Shown here: in pieces, positions 19,089 to 29,436 of the stretch
Position numbering within the stretch: position 1 is the first letter of the stretch
Layout: every line of letters starts with the position of its first letter
Assembly (NCBI GenBank): GCA_044449985.1
Contig: JBIOIQ010000006.1
Span: forward strand, 1 to 51,403
Direction: 5' to 3'
Source of the DNA: Candidatus Saccharimonadia bacterium
GTDB lineage: Bacteria > Patescibacteriota > Saccharimonadia > UBA4664 > JBIOIQ01
Length of the DNA: 51,403 bases
Program-made: the position numbers and the translations under genes
Notes under the pieces: generated by a model
Told to the model about the DNA's origin: nothing
What the model saw: only the letters and a program-made list of their open reading frames with translations
Databases searched by the model: none

Positions 19089-20948
19089 ATGAGGGCAGTT
19101 ACTAAATCACGATTGGCCGTTTGGCTGTTAGTCGGCTTGACCATTCCTTGGCAACTTGGAGGGAAACAGCCTGTTGCGATATTAGTAGATTTTTTATTGG
19201 TAGCCCTTGCGGCTTTTTTACTACTGCGTAGTTTTGAATTTCGGGGCTGGAAATCTAGTATAGCCGCTTGGCTTCCGCTAGGACTTTTACTCTGGGCCAT
19301 AATGTCGCTGAGCTGGTCAGTGAATCGTTATCAAAGTGTGATTTGGATAGAGGTTTTGATCCTCGGGATAGCCATGTACTGGCTAGTAGGGAGTATTGCC
19401 CTTGATAGTGACTTGCGCAGTCAATGGCTAAGTGGGTACTCACTAGTTGCAACGCTGAGTGGATTATGGGGTATGGTAATCTATTTAACTCAAAGCTACG
19501 ACCGACTAACCTCAAGTTTTTATTTGGCTAATCCTGCTGCAGCCTTTTTGCTCCCGGCTCTACTTATTTGCTTATGGAGATATGTTAAATTTGGCAATAA
19601 ATTATCCGCAATTTGTTTGCCAGTTTTAGCCTCATCATTTGTGCTAACAGATTCAAGATCGGCATTTATCGTCGCCGGGCTGGCTGTTCTGGTCTGTGCC
19701 GGTGTCCGTATGCCGACAAAGTCCTGGCTCCGCGTCGGAGCAGTAGTAATTGTGACTTTACTGCTCGTAGTGAGTTCAAATTTAGTTAGAGCTCATGCAT
19801 ATCACAATTCTGTGTCTCTCCAGGGCACCAGGTTCGAGCTGGCCGCAACGGGTGAAACAACAAGCTTTCGAGATCGTTGGAATTATTTAATAAGTGCTTT
19901 GGATATTTGGAAGGCCTACCCGATTCTTGGAACCGGGGCTGGGACTTATGGTATCGTTCACCCAGAGTATCAGATTAGGGTGATAAGTGCCGCCACCGAA
20001 GCTCATAATTATTATGTCCAGACAGTTTCTGAGCTGGGTGTCGGAGGACTATTATTCCTAGGACTTTTGGTGATAGCTTTAGTAGCGCAAATTGTGAAAC
20101 GTTATCGGAATCGAACGGGGATGGCACTGGCAGTGATATTGGTCGCGATGATCGTGCATTTTGCACTCGATATAGATGCGATTTACCCAGCTATTATGGT
20201 AGTTCTCGGTGGCCTCGCGGGATTGGTCGTTGCTCCTGCGCAGTCAAAAGGGGTGTTACCAAGACAGCTAATTATTGCCCTTGGCATAAGTCTAATTGTG
20301 CTCGTACCCGCCTACGCGGGATTCAGGTCTTATCAATGGTCGAGTCTTGGTCTGGCCGATCAAACAGCTGGGGATTATAATTCAGCGCTTAATGATTATA
20401 CTCACGCCCACGGTTATCTAACCTATGATCCGGTAGTTCTTACCGCCGAAGGCATCGAATATTTTACACTTGCTCCGCTATCGCCTAACTTAAAAAATAT
20501 CTACTATGGCAATGCGATAAAGCTTGCTAAGCAGGCAGAAATGCTGGATCCCGACGATTCTCAACATTTGTTCTTACAGGCCAGAGTAGATTTTAAATTA
20601 TCGAAGGATCAAGAGGCGATTGCACTCTACAATCGAGCCATTACTCTCGATAGGTTTAACCATCCAGAATATTATGCCGATCTGGCGGATCTGTATTTCA
20701 TCGACGATAAGCCTGCCCAGGTGATAAGTACGGCTGACGCCGTGCTGAATCAATACCCCCCGTCTGTAGTTGCTAATCGTTCCGTTCAGCCAGATTTATT
20801 TCTGAATTTATCGCTTCTTTATTATTTTCGTGGCGCGGTTGAGGCGACCAGTCAGCCTGCGAAAGCGATCAAAGATGAACAAATGGCAGTCTCTCTTAAT
20901 CCAGACAACGCAGTCGCAAAATATGTTCTAGCCAGCCTGGGACACTAG
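19089..20948 (+). CDS. O-antigen ligase/Wzy_C family membrane protein with C-terminal TPR repeats
   Basis: About 12 TM; [32 protein letters not shown]; TPR-like C-terminus. Confidence 0.85.
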   Translation: MRAVTKSRLAVWLLVGLTIPWQLGGKQPVAILVDFLLVALAAFLLLRSFEFRGWKSSIAAWLPLGLLLWAIMSLSWSVNRYQSVIWIEVLILGIAMYWLVGSIALDSDLRSQWLSGYSLVATLSGLWGMVIYLTQSYDRLTSSFYLANPAAAFLLPALLICLWRYVKFGNKLSAICLPVLASSFVLTDSRSAFIVAGLAVLVCAGVRMPTKSWLRVGAVVIVTLLLVVSSNLVRAHAYHNSVSLQGTRFELAATGETTSFRDRWNYLISALDIWKAYPILGTGAGTYGIVHPEYQIRVISAATEAHNYYVQTVSELGVGGLLFLGLLVIALVAQIVKRYRNRTGMALAVILVAMIVHFALDIDAIYPAIMVVLGGLAGLVVAPAQSKGVLPRQLIIALGISLIVLVPAYAGFRSYQWSSLGLADQTAGDYNSALNDYTHAHGYLTYDPVVLTAEGIEYFTLAPLSPNLKNIYYGNAIKLAKQAEMLDPDDSQHLFLQARVDFKLSKDQEAIALYNRAITLDRFNHPEYYADLADLYFIDDKPAQVISTADAVLNQYPPSVVANRSVQPDLFLNLSLLYYFRGAVEATSQPAKAIKDEQMAVSLNPDNAVAKYVLASLGH

Positions 20949-22769
20949 GGACCGCTTGTTATAGATTAGGATGATACTTAAGTCTGCCGGAGTTACTCCC
21001 TGAATCCTGGCTGCTTGACCGATTGTTTCAGGAGAGACCTCCTTTAATCTGACGCGAGCCTCGTTTCTTAGCCCCGATATACTGTCATAGTCCGAAATTA
21101 ACAAAGGCTGCTCTTCCTGAGCTCGCAGTTTTTCTGCTAGGCTTTGCTGCCTGGTGAAATAACCACGGTATTTAGCGTCTAGTTCTACTTGCTCATCGAC
21201 TTCTTCGCCATAACTGGGCAAATCGAACATATTTCGTATAGTTTGTAGACTATTTTCCGGGCGTGCCAAAAATTGATACGCTGTTGTAGCATTATTGTGT
21301 TCAGGTTTTTTGACAGATTGATAATGCATAAGTGCTTTATCCAATTGGTCTTTTTTATCCCTAACACGCGCTATTATCTGGTTATTAATTAGTCCAATTT
21401 CATGACCGATTTCGCTAAGTCTGAGGTCGGCGTTATCATTTCGAAGCAGTAAACGGTACTCGGCTCGTGAGGTAAACATCCGATATGGTTCGACATGAGT
21501 CTTTGTTACGAGATCGTCAATTAATATGCCAATGTATGCTTGGTCTCGCCGCAGAATGATGGGTACTAGCCCGGCTATTTTTCGCGCGGCATTGATGCCA
21601 GCCATTAATCCCTGCGCCGCAGCTTCTTCGTAACCGGTCGTTCCATTCATTTGACCGGCTAAATATAGCCCATCGACGCTTTTTGTTTCAAGACTAGTTT
21701 TAATCTGATGGGGGGGGAAATAATCATAGACTACGGCGTATCCATGGGCTAAAAACTTTGCCTCTTCGAATCCTCTAATCGTATGAATTATGTCTTCCTG
21801 CAATTGTTCATCAAATGCCAGTGAACCACCTTGAATATACATTTTGTCACTTGTGCGCCCAGTTGGTTCAAGAAATATTGGGTGGCGCGAGCGATCGGGA
21901 AAATTTACTACTTTTCGATCGAGCGAAGGACATGATCTGGGGGCTCTTTCCGGGATCATACCGTTATAATTGGGCGCTTTATCAAGGTTACCCAGTATCA
22001 TTTTATGGGTTTTTTGGTTGGTGTAAGTTAAATGACACGGAATCTGCTCTGAGAAATCCATGAGTTGTGTGGCTGGGTAGCTAAAGCTGATTGCCCCGGG
22101 AGTGCCGGGCGCGACTTCGAAAGCGTCAAAATCTATGGTGGTCTTATCTAGTCGGGGTGGGGTACCGGTCTTTAATCTGCCGTGAACCAGACCTAATTCG
22201 TTTAAGCTACCTGTTAGGCCTAAGCTAGCTTTTTCATCCATGCGGCCACCATCACGCACTACTCGAGTCCCGACGATAATTTGTCCGGTCATGAACGTGC
22301 CAGCTGCGATAATGAGGGATTTGGTTCCAAGTTCGAGGCCGCTAGCAACTTTAATACCCGTAATAGTGGTTTTGCCGATAATTTTTTCGGTCAGCACAGC
22401 TTTTACTTCATCCTCGAGAAACTCGAGATTTGGAGTTGCGTAAAGTTCGGCCAGCATCTCTGAATTATAGGTTGATTGCTCGATTTGAGCACGGTAGGCT
22501 CGAACCGCTGGCCCTTTACTAGTATTAAGCTCTTTAATTTGAATGGCGCTTTTATCTGCCACCCTAGCCATGACGCCCCCAAGTGCTCCAATTTCACGTA
22601 CCAAATGACCTTTTCCCGGTCCACCAATCGAAGGGTTGCACGGCAAAGTTGCTACTTTTGACATGGTGGTCGTAACTAATAGTGTCGATGCACCCAGTTT
22701 TGCAGCTGAGATGGCGGCTTCACAACCGGCATGACCTGCCCCCACTACAATAACGTCATATTGCTTCAT
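20928..22769 (-). CDS. mnmG: tRNA uridine-5-carboxymethylaminomethyl modification enzyme MnmG
   Basis: [63 protein letters not shown]. Confidence 0.96.
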   Translation of the reverse strand: MKQYDVIVVGAGHAGCEAAISAAKLGASTLLVTTTMSKVATLPCNPSIGGPGKGHLVREIGALGGVMARVADKSAIQIKELNTSKGPAVRAYRAQIEQSTYNSEMLAELYATPNLEFLEDEVKAVLTEKIIGKTTITGIKVASGLELGTKSLIIAAGTFMTGQIIVGTRVVRDGGRMDEKASLGLTGSLNELGLVHGRLKTGTPPRLDKTTIDFDAFEVAPGTPGAISFSYPATQLMDFSEQIPCHLTYTNQKTHKMILGNLDKAPNYNGMIPERAPRSCPSLDRKVVNFPDRSRHPIFLEPTGRTSDKMYIQGGSLAFDEQLQEDIIHTIRGFEEAKFLAHGYAVVYDYFPPHQIKTSLETKSVDGLYLAGQMNGTTGYEEAAAQGLMAGINAARKIAGLVPIILRRDQAYIGILIDDLVTKTHVEPYRMFTSRAEYRLLLRNDNADLRLSEIGHEIGLINNQIIARVRDKKDQLDKALMHYQSVKKPEHNNATTAYQFLARPENSLQTIRNMFDLPSYGEEVDEQVELDAKYRGYFTRQQSLAEKLRAQEEQPLLISDYDSISGLRNEARVRLKEVSPETIGQAARIQGVTPADLSIILIYNKRSLVSQAG

Positions 22770-22858
22770 TAGCGGTCATTATACGCTCATCACTTGAGGT
22801 TTTCCAGATTAAGTTACTAACTTTTTGCTTCTTCGTCTAGCCTGGGTATAATGCACTC

Positions 22859-23464
22859 ATGCAGTCTTTGGCCAGTTTTGCTACAAAACTTATAGGATCA
22901 TTTGGTTATTTTGGATTAGCCCTCGGACTAGTGATCGATAGTGCCGGCATACCTATTCCTTCGGAAGTCCTATTGCCCCTGGCCGGCGCCCTCGCGCGTG
23001 AAGCGAAATATAATTTAGTTCTAATTATTGTGGTCGCTACCATTGCCCAGATGATTGGGGCAGTAATTTCCTACTTTATTGGAGCATATGGTGGCCTAGC
23101 TTTGGTTGAACGCTACGGAAAATACGTCTTATTTCGTTCCCACGAGCTTGAAAAAACGAATAAACTATTTGATAAATTTGGAGCCTGGTTGACATTGGCT
23201 GGCCGTTGTATCCCGGGCGTCCGAACTTATATTGGCTATCCGGCCGGTGTGGCTAGGATGCGATTTGGTGTCTTTTTGGGAGCGACTTTCATCGGATCAC
23301 TCGTTTGGTCGATAGTTTTATCCGTAGCCGGCTACGAGCTATCGGCGAAGTTGGGTGTTATCGAGAGAATCATTCGAGAATTTGGGATCGTTGCTCTGCT
23401 TTTAGCATTGGTAATCTTTATTTGGTACGTTTACGCGGGACGATCAAGGGCAAGTAATAGTTAA
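22859..23464 (+). CDS. DedA family membrane protein
   Basis: GIPIPSEVLLPLAG, GRCIPGVRT...PAG. Confidence 0.92.
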   Translation: MQSLASFATKLIGSFGYFGLALGLVIDSAGIPIPSEVLLPLAGALAREAKYNLVLIIVVATIAQMIGAVISYFIGAYGGLALVERYGKYVLFRSHELEKTNKLFDKFGAWLTLAGRCIPGVRTYIGYPAGVARMRFGVFLGATFIGSLVWSIVLSVAGYELSAKLGVIERIIREFGIVALLLALVIFIWYVYAGRSRASNS

Positions 23465-23505
23465 GGTGTTGCACGACCGAGATTTCAGGTAAAATAGATT
23501 CACCT

Positions 23506-24810
23506 ATGAAATATGAACGAACTCAACTTCCGAATGGACTGCGCATCATATCGGTTCATTTGCGCGATGCTCAAAGTATAGCCGTCAGCGTGCTGGCTGG
23601 TGTCGGAAGTAGGCACGAAAACTTTCCGGTAAATGGCGGTGTGTCGCATTTTCTGGAGCATTTGCTATTCAAAGGAACTCGTAAACGACCGAGTACAAAA
23701 TTAATTGCGGAAATCGTTGACGGAGTGGGCGGACTTCATAATGCCTATACCTCAAATGATCTGACAAACTACTACATAAAAGTTCCCAAACAACATGCTG
23801 CTCTTGCTATCGACATCTTGGCTGACATGATTCGCGAACCGCTGCTTGATCCGGTAGAAGTTGACCGTGAACGGGGGGTGGTGATTGAAGAAATGAGTAT
23901 GTATAATGATGACCCAAGCAGATTTGTGCACGAACTCCTGCCGCCACTTTTATGGCCGGATGACCCACTGGGAAAAAGTATCCTTGGCAGCGAAGAAGTC
24001 ATCAAATCAATTTCTCGTGATGCGATCGCCGACTACCAAAAACTTCATTACAGTCCAACGAATTTGGTTGTATCAGTGGCCGGTGATATTACTCATGAAA
24101 AAGTCGTCGAACTTGTGACTAAGCTGATGGGGGATATGGAGCCCTATGAGGTTCCTATGCTTAAAGAGCTTGATGACCGAATTTCTCCAAGGCTCTCGGA
24201 TGTACTAAAAAAAGATACCAACCAGGCACATCTGTTAATCGGCTGTAAGGCTTATCCATATAACGGGAAACTCGATCCGGCCGCGAGAGTGCTGACTAAC
24301 TTATTGGGAGCCGGACTATCTTCGCGGCTGTTCATCAACGTCAGGGAAAGACAGGGACTGGCATATAATATTTATGCCGATTACAACAATTACGTGGATA
24401 CCGGGCAATTTAATGTCTATGCCGGGGTTAATTTAGATAAAATCGATCAGGCTACCGAATCAATCTTAAAAGAACTTCGCGAGTTAACCGAAGAGCTGGT
24501 TCCTCCGGCTGAGCTGGAGAAGGTTAAAAATAAAATGAGCGGGAGCTTGCAGATGGCTCTCGAAAATACTTTTGCTATGGCCGATAGAATCGGAACGAGG
24601 TTGTTACTTCTGAATCAGATCAAAACTCCAGATCAAACTTTGGCAGAAATTGCCGAAGTTACCGCAGAGGATGTACTAACTGCTGCCAAAGAGTTATTCG
24701 AAGTCGATCGATTGAGGCTCGCTATTATTGCTCCGGATCCTCAGCCAGTCGTTAATACCTTTCAAAAATTAGTAAGTAAAGGGAAGAAAGTCCATGAAAT
24801 ACGATCCTGA
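23506..24810 (+). CDS. M16 family zinc peptidase
   Basis: HFLEH (HxxEH), NAYTS, ERGVVIEE, SSRLFINVRERQGLAY. Confidence 0.93.
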   Translation: MKYERTQLPNGLRIISVHLRDAQSIAVSVLAGVGSRHENFPVNGGVSHFLEHLLFKGTRKRPSTKLIAEIVDGVGGLHNAYTSNDLTNYYIKVPKQHAALAIDILADMIREPLLDPVEVDRERGVVIEEMSMYNDDPSRFVHELLPPLLWPDDPLGKSILGSEEVIKSISRDAIADYQKLHYSPTNLVVSVAGDITHEKVVELVTKLMGDMEPYEVPMLKELDDRISPRLSDVLKKDTNQAHLLIGCKAYPYNGKLDPAARVLTNLLGAGLSSRLFINVRERQGLAYNIYADYNNYVDTGQFNVYAGVNLDKIDQATESILKELRELTEELVPPAELEKVKNKMSGSLQMALENTFAMADRIGTRLLLLNQIKTPDQTLAEIAEVTAEDVLTAAKELFEVDRLRLAIIAPDPQPVVNTFQKLVSKGKKVHEIRS

Positions 24811-25420
24811 AAAACTAGAACAAATTCGTCATGAGCGGACTTTGGTGGTTTTTAAGCCCGATGCTGTGATGCGAAAGATCATTGGTGAGTTGTTAACGAG
24901 ATTTGAACGTAAGGGCCTGAAAATTGTAGCGTTAAAAATGATTTGGCCTACTCATGCCTTGGCGGAAAAGCATTATATCGACAGTGAAGAATGGCTGCTT
25001 GATACGGGTACGAAAACTTACAATAACTATCTAGAGAATGGGGTTCAACCTGACATAACTCCTCGGGAAATTGGTCTCAATACGCGCAGAAAGTTAATGG
25101 ATCATCTTACTGCAGGTCCGGTTGTTGCGATGATTCTGGAGGGGGCACATGCCATTGAAGTAGTTAGACGGATGAGAGGCGCCACCAATCCCTTAAAAGC
25201 AGATGTCGGTACGATTGGTTTTGATTACACCTTAGAGTCATATGAACTGAGCGATGCGGGGGATTGGGCAATTAAAAATGTATTACATGCTTCAGATTCA
25301 GTAGCAAATTACGAGCGGGAACGTGATATTTGGTTTGATGCTAAAGAAATAGTTAATTACGATACGGCAATTGACCAAGTGCTGTATTCTAATAATTGGT
25401 TTCAAAAAAGGTCGGATTAA
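24794..25420 (+). CDS. ndk: Nucleoside-diphosphate kinase (long form)
   Basis: ERTLVVFKPDAV, GPVVAMILEG, GATNP, NVLHASDS. Confidence 0.92.
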   Translation: MKYDPEKLEQIRHERTLVVFKPDAVMRKIIGELLTRFERKGLKIVALKMIWPTHALAEKHYIDSEEWLLDTGTKTYNNYLENGVQPDITPREIGLNTRRKLMDHLTAGPVVAMILEGAHAIEVVRRMRGATNPLKADVGTIGFDYTLESYELSDAGDWAIKNVLHASDSVANYERERDIWFDAKEIVNYDTAIDQVLYSNNWFQKRSD

Positions 25421-25489
25421 CGAATAAATAGTATTTTGGTCACCGTTCCTTATGCAAAAAGGTTCCTCTAGAAATTGGAGGATAGATTT

Positions 25490-25565
25490 GCCTCAGTAGC
25501 TCAGTGGATAGAGCGCCTCCGTCCTAAGGAGGGCGTCGTAGGTTCGATTCCTACCTGGGGCACCA
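25490..25565 (+). tRNA. tRNA-Arg(CCT)
   Basis: Acceptor GCCTCAG/CTGGGGC, D arm GCTC/GAGC, anticodon arm CCTCC-GTCCTAA-GGAGG, T loop TTCGATT, encoded CCA; 76 nt. Confidence 0.95.
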
Positions 25566-25644
25566 ATTGCACTTAGGGAGTAAGTGGCTTGATTAACGAA
25601 ATTACTTGATCGCGTCTAATTTCATTATTGTTTTATGTTGTATT

Positions 25645-25680
25645 AAAAACTGAGCGCCCCCGAACTGGCTAGGTGCTCAG
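25645..25680 (-). terminator. Probable terminator of the pup operon
   Basis: Minus strand CTGAGCACC...GGCGCTCAG (one mismatch) followed by TTTTT. Confidence 0.5.
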
Positions 25681-25691
25681 CTTGGAAGGCG

Positions 25692-26000
25692 CTATCCCAA
25701 AATCGGGACGTGGGTGTAGTTGGTTGATCGAGCGTAGCCGGATCTCAAGAGCATAGCCCTAATTTTGCGTCGGTCGCGAGGTGATCGACGGTCCGGCCGG
25801 ATATGGGCGCTAACCTGAAAAGTTTCATTGTCAGCGTAGACAATTTCCTTGATTTCATCTGCAAAAAATTCGGCTGCCCCAAACGTCACGTCGAGGGGCT
25901 GCCTTTGAAGGACGGTCTGGTCAGCGCAGGTGAAATCGGCAATGAACTCATCAGTCCTCAAGCTTCCGAAATCGATGCTGAGCAGGACTCTTAAACGCAT
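25692..26000 (-). CDS. Hypothetical 102-aa protein directly downstream of pup
   Basis: Its ATG immediately follows the pup TAG; a terminator-like hairpin follows; no family recognised. Confidence 0.6.
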   Translation of the reverse strand: MRLRVLLSIDFGSLRTDEFIADFTCADQTVLQRQPLDVTFGAAEFFADEIKEIVYADNETFQVSAHIRPDRRSPRDRRKIRAMLLRSGYARSTNYTHVPILG

Positions 26001-26198
26001 CTATTGTCCGCCCTTTTGGACGTAGCTTCGAACGAATTCCTCGGCGTTTTCACTAAGGACTTCGTCGATCTCATCCAGGAGATCATCGAGCTCCGCTTTG
26101 ATCTTATCGGCTGTGTCGGTCGGCGGTATTTCGATTTCTTCGGTTGTTGTGGTGGAAGTGGCACGTGGACGAGCTCTTTCCTGCTCACGTTTGGCCAT
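26001..26198 (-). CDS. pup: Prokaryotic ubiquitin-like protein Pup
   Basis: C-terminal ELDDLLDEIDEVLSENAEEFVRSYVQKGGQ matches the Pup signature; disordered N-terminus; GGGAGA upstream of the ATG. Confidence 0.93.
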   Translation of the reverse strand: MAKREQERARPRATSTTTTEEIEIPPTDTADKIKAELDDLLDEIDEVLSENAEEFVRSYVQKGGQ

Positions 26199-26463
26199 CA
26201 AATTCTCCCAACATATTGTAGCGGGTGCTACGGAATGACCCCGTTCTACCCATCGTACATTCTTTATGCTTGGTTTAACAGCTCCTTTTCCAGATCTAGT
26301 TAAATTATGCTTAAGAAAAGCTCTATCGCTGGATCTTTAAAAGTTTTTTTATCTCGCGATGCTTGAACAACTCGACACCCGCAATCAATTACGTTACCAT
26401 TAACGGGATGAGTTTTTACGTTTAGCGTGTAAACTAGATATATTATTAGTTTTTTGCGAGAGA

Positions 26464-27600
26464 TTGGAGATTATTTTGGCCGACGAGACCCCTGAAGTAA
26501 AAGACAATACCGATAACAAAACCAAGTCAGAGGATCAACCGGAAAAAAAGGCTGAAGAAGTCTCGAAAAAGGCCGAAACGACTGAAAAGACGCTCAACAT
26601 GGAGAAAGTTGAGACGAAAACTACTGAGTCGAAAAAGAGCAGCACTTCATCAACCAAAAAACCAAAGCCTCAACTAAGTATGCCCAGCAAAAAAGCCATG
26701 ACATGGATTGGTAGCGCAATAGTAGCTGCAATTATTGTCCTTCTCGTTGTCTTTGGAGTACTTATTTATAAATTTAAATCGGATAGCCCCCTGGTTTATG
26801 ATGTGGCTAAATATGTACCGTATCCGGTAGAGCGAGTAAACGGTAGTTTTGTTAGCTATGGAGATTATTTATTTGAGCTGAAATCTGTCAAACAATACTA
26901 CGAAAGCCAAACTACACAATCGGGTCAGGCTGGGATCGATTTCAATTCAGCCGACGGTAAGGCCAAGCTAGCTCAGCTCAGAATCCAAATAATGGCTCAG
27001 CTGACGCAGGACACGGTTACTAAGCAACTGATATCGAAGAATAAGATTAACGTCACATCTAAGCAGGTTACCGATCAGGTAAATCAAATTGTGAATGCTT
27101 CGGGTGGGACGGCGAAAGTCAAAAGTGTGCTTGAGCAGTATTATGGTTGGACGATTAACGACTTAAAAGGCCAAGTTAAATTCCAATTGCAAAAGCAGGC
27201 TCTCCAGACCAAACTTTCAAGCGACAACTCTCTTAATGCCCAGGCCAAAGCCAAAGCTAATAGCATTCTTGCTCAGCTTAGTAGTGGTGCGGATTTTGCC
27301 ACGCTTGCAAAAAAATATTCGCAAGATTCCTCGGCTAGTAATGGGGGAGACATGGGTTTCTTTAGCAAAGGACAGGTTGGTGATACCACATTCGATAACA
27401 CTGCTTTCGGTCAAACTCCAGGACAGGTTTCGGGTGTAATTCATACTAAATTTGGCTACCAAATCATAAAAACAATTGAATTCAATAGCGACAACAGCCA
27501 GGTTCATGCCGCACAAATCTTGGTTGAACCAATCGATTTCACCCAGTTCATTACCGATCAGACAACGGCAGCCAAAGTTACCAAGTACTTTAGCGTCTAG
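26464..27600 (+). CDS. Membrane-anchored PrsA/SurA-type peptidyl-prolyl isomerase
   Basis: Charged N-tail, TM, SurA-N, parvulin GADFATLAKKYSQD...GGDMGFF...TKFGYQIIK; start uncertain. Confidence 0.85.
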   Translation: MEIILADETPEVKDNTDNKTKSEDQPEKKAEEVSKKAETTEKTLNMEKVETKTTESKKSSTSSTKKPKPQLSMPSKKAMTWIGSAIVAAIIVLLVVFGVLIYKFKSDSPLVYDVAKYVPYPVERVNGSFVSYGDYLFELKSVKQYYESQTTQSGQAGIDFNSADGKAKLAQLRIQIMAQLTQDTVTKQLISKNKINVTSKQVTDQVNQIVNASGGTAKVKSVLEQYYGWTINDLKGQVKFQLQKQALQTKLSSDNSLNAQAKAKANSILAQLSSGADFATLAKKYSQDSSASNGGDMGFFSKGQVGDTTFDNTAFGQTPGQVSGVIHTKFGYQIIKTIEFNSDNSQVHAAQILVEPIDFTQFITDQTTAAKVTKYFSV

Positions 27601-27661
27601 AGTACTTTTCAAAAAATTTGTTTAAATTTATTGGTCTAGCTCGTTACAGAAGAGGAAACTA

Positions 27662-28576
27662 CTATTGAGGCTTTTCAATACTGTGGCCACCGAATTGTTG
27701 ACGCAGCGCTGCCACAATTCGAGTAGTGTCACTGACTTTCCCATCTCTTGATGAGGCACGTATGTCTAGTGCCAGCTGAATTGACGGCATTTCCAAATTA
27801 ACTTCTTTGGCGGCATCAACCGTCCAGCGCCCTTCGCCATTTTCAGCAATGTATCCAGAAATTCCATCAAGATTTGGATTGGCTTCAAATATAGTCTTAC
27901 CGAGACCTACCAGGAAGGATTCGATGATACTTCCGTGTTGCCAAACTTCGATTAACTTGGGAAGTTCCACTCCCATGTATTGACCATTCTTTATTAGGGC
28001 AAGTCCTTCGGCGATTGACTGCATCATGCCGTATTCAATACCGTTGTGAACCATTTTGACATAATGTCCGGCACCACTTTTGCCAAAATACCCGTATCCG
28101 CCTGGCTGAGCTATGACATCTAGGGCAGGTCGAAAAATTTTGTAGGCCTCTTCATCGCCGCCAACCATCACGCAGTAACCCCTTTCTCGTCCTACTAGGC
28201 CTCCTGAAGTACCACAATCGAGCAAATGTATGCCAAATTCTTCAGTTAATTTTTTGCTATGGGCAACAGTATCGGTATAGTGCGAGTTGCCCCCATCAAT
28301 GATAATATCTCCCGCTTCTAGAGTATGGACTAGTCCTTCCGGTCCAAAGATAACTTCTTCAGTCGCTTCACCCGCCGGAACCATTACCCAGACTATGCGT
28401 GGCTTAGGTAAATTCGCAAAATCACTATAACGAAGAGCATGTTCCGCACCCAAAGCAACCAAAGGTGCCGCTTTCTCGGCGTGACGGTTAAAAACTACCA
28501 CTTCATGACCATTTTTTAAAAGGCGTTCTGATATACCTGTACCCATCCGGCCTAGGCCGACTAATCCGATTTTCAT
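27662..28576 (-). CDS. gnd: 6-phosphogluconate dehydrogenase (decarboxylating, short type)
   Basis: GLGRMG, IDGGNS, GAGHYVKMVHNGIEYG, ALRQQFGGH. Confidence 0.93.
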   Translation of the reverse strand: MKIGLVGLGRMGTGISERLLKNGHEVVVFNRHAEKAAPLVALGAEHALRYSDFANLPKPRIVWVMVPAGEATEEVIFGPEGLVHTLEAGDIIIDGGNSHYTDTVAHSKKLTEEFGIHLLDCGTSGGLVGRERGYCVMVGGDEEAYKIFRPALDVIAQPGGYGYFGKSGAGHYVKMVHNGIEYGMMQSIAEGLALIKNGQYMGVELPKLIEVWQHGSIIESFLVGLGKTIFEANPNLDGISGYIAENGEGRWTVDAAKEVNLEMPSIQLALDIRASSRDGKVSDTTRIVAALRQQFGGHSIEKPQ

Positions 28577-28683
28577 AATATCCTCCTTAAATAGCGTGTT
28601 TTACCACCATGCTTGATACCTCTATCCTAACATCTGCCGAGATTGCGGCATACTTTTACCGACTTTTTACCGGGTGCAGAGCA

Positions 28684-29376
28684 CTATTTTAAAATGATAG
28701 TACGGGGGAGATCTTGGAAAATGACACCAGGTAGTTCGTTATATTTTTGATGATTGGCGGGATCAAGTATATGATCAAGCATGTCGTGTTTTGCTTGGTC
28801 CGCTATGAGCACAATGGCGGTCTGAATGAGCTTTAAGGCGGTAATTGAAAGGGTGATTCTTTCCGGATAAGGGCCCGAACTTAGGTAACCTGTCACCAAG
28901 CTGCTGCTCAGAAAATGTTCTTTGAAGGAATCCTTATTTTCATCGGGCAGTATACCGGCGGTGTGTCCGTCACTGCCAAGCCCTAGAATTGCCAGAATCT
29001 GCCGATTTTCATGAAATATGTAGCGGTTTAGCTGGAACTCATATTGGGCGACTTCTGCCGAGATAGGAAGTCCATGGAGAATTGGAGCATAGATGGCACC
29101 AAGTTCTTCCAGATGACTGACTAATCCAGTTTCTCGAATAGTTTTATCGTTTGCATCACTGTGGAGTGGATCAATCTCATAGCGCTCATCGACCAGTCCG
29201 ACCACCAGATCACCTGGGAGAAGATTTAAACCTAAGCTTGTAGTGAGTTGCCGATAAACTTTGGTTGCAGACCCGCCTGAGAGTAAGAGCAGGACCTGTC
29301 CATCAAGAAGCATGCTCCGAAGTTCGGTTTCGATCGTCTCTACCGCAGCACTATACGGTTTTTGAATTACATTCAT
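28684..29376 (-). CDS. pgl: 6-phosphogluconolactonase-like protein
   Basis: LSGGS, VDERY, LGLGSDGHTAGI, ERITLS; lies between zwf and gnd; alternative start 29394. Confidence 0.8.
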   Translation of the reverse strand: MNVIQKPYSAAVETIETELRSMLLDGQVLLLLSGGSATKVYRQLTTSLGLNLLPGDLVVGLVDERYEIDPLHSDANDKTIRETGLVSHLEELGAIYAPILHGLPISAEVAQYEFQLNRYIFHENRQILAILGLGSDGHTAGILPDENKDSFKEHFLSSSLVTGYLSSGPYPERITLSITALKLIQTAIVLIADQAKHDMLDHILDPANHQKYNELPGVIFQDLPRTIILK

Positions 29377-29436
29377 GTATACTAACGTTAGCATATTGCG
29401 GAAGTCATGGGGAGATGTCTGCAGGTAAAGGAGTAT

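Noticed and set aside
21710-21717. G8 tract as a phase-variation switch
   Set aside because: It lies in the intact housekeeping gene mnmG and simply encodes Phe-Pro-Pro-His.
26001-26198. UBact rather than Pup
   Set aside because: The DDLLDEID...NAEEFVRSYVQKGGQ C-terminus is the Pup signature, not the UBact R(T/S)G(E/Q)-type ending.
25803-26303. Alternative ORFs over the pup operon (25803-25994 +, 25991-26188 -, 26004-26303 +)
   Set aside because: The Pup frame has a decisive family signature and an RBS; the others are shadows.
25490-26460. tRNA-anchored integrated element carrying pup
   Set aside because: I found no duplicated tRNA 3' end and no adjacent integrase; proximity and GC shift alone are not enough.
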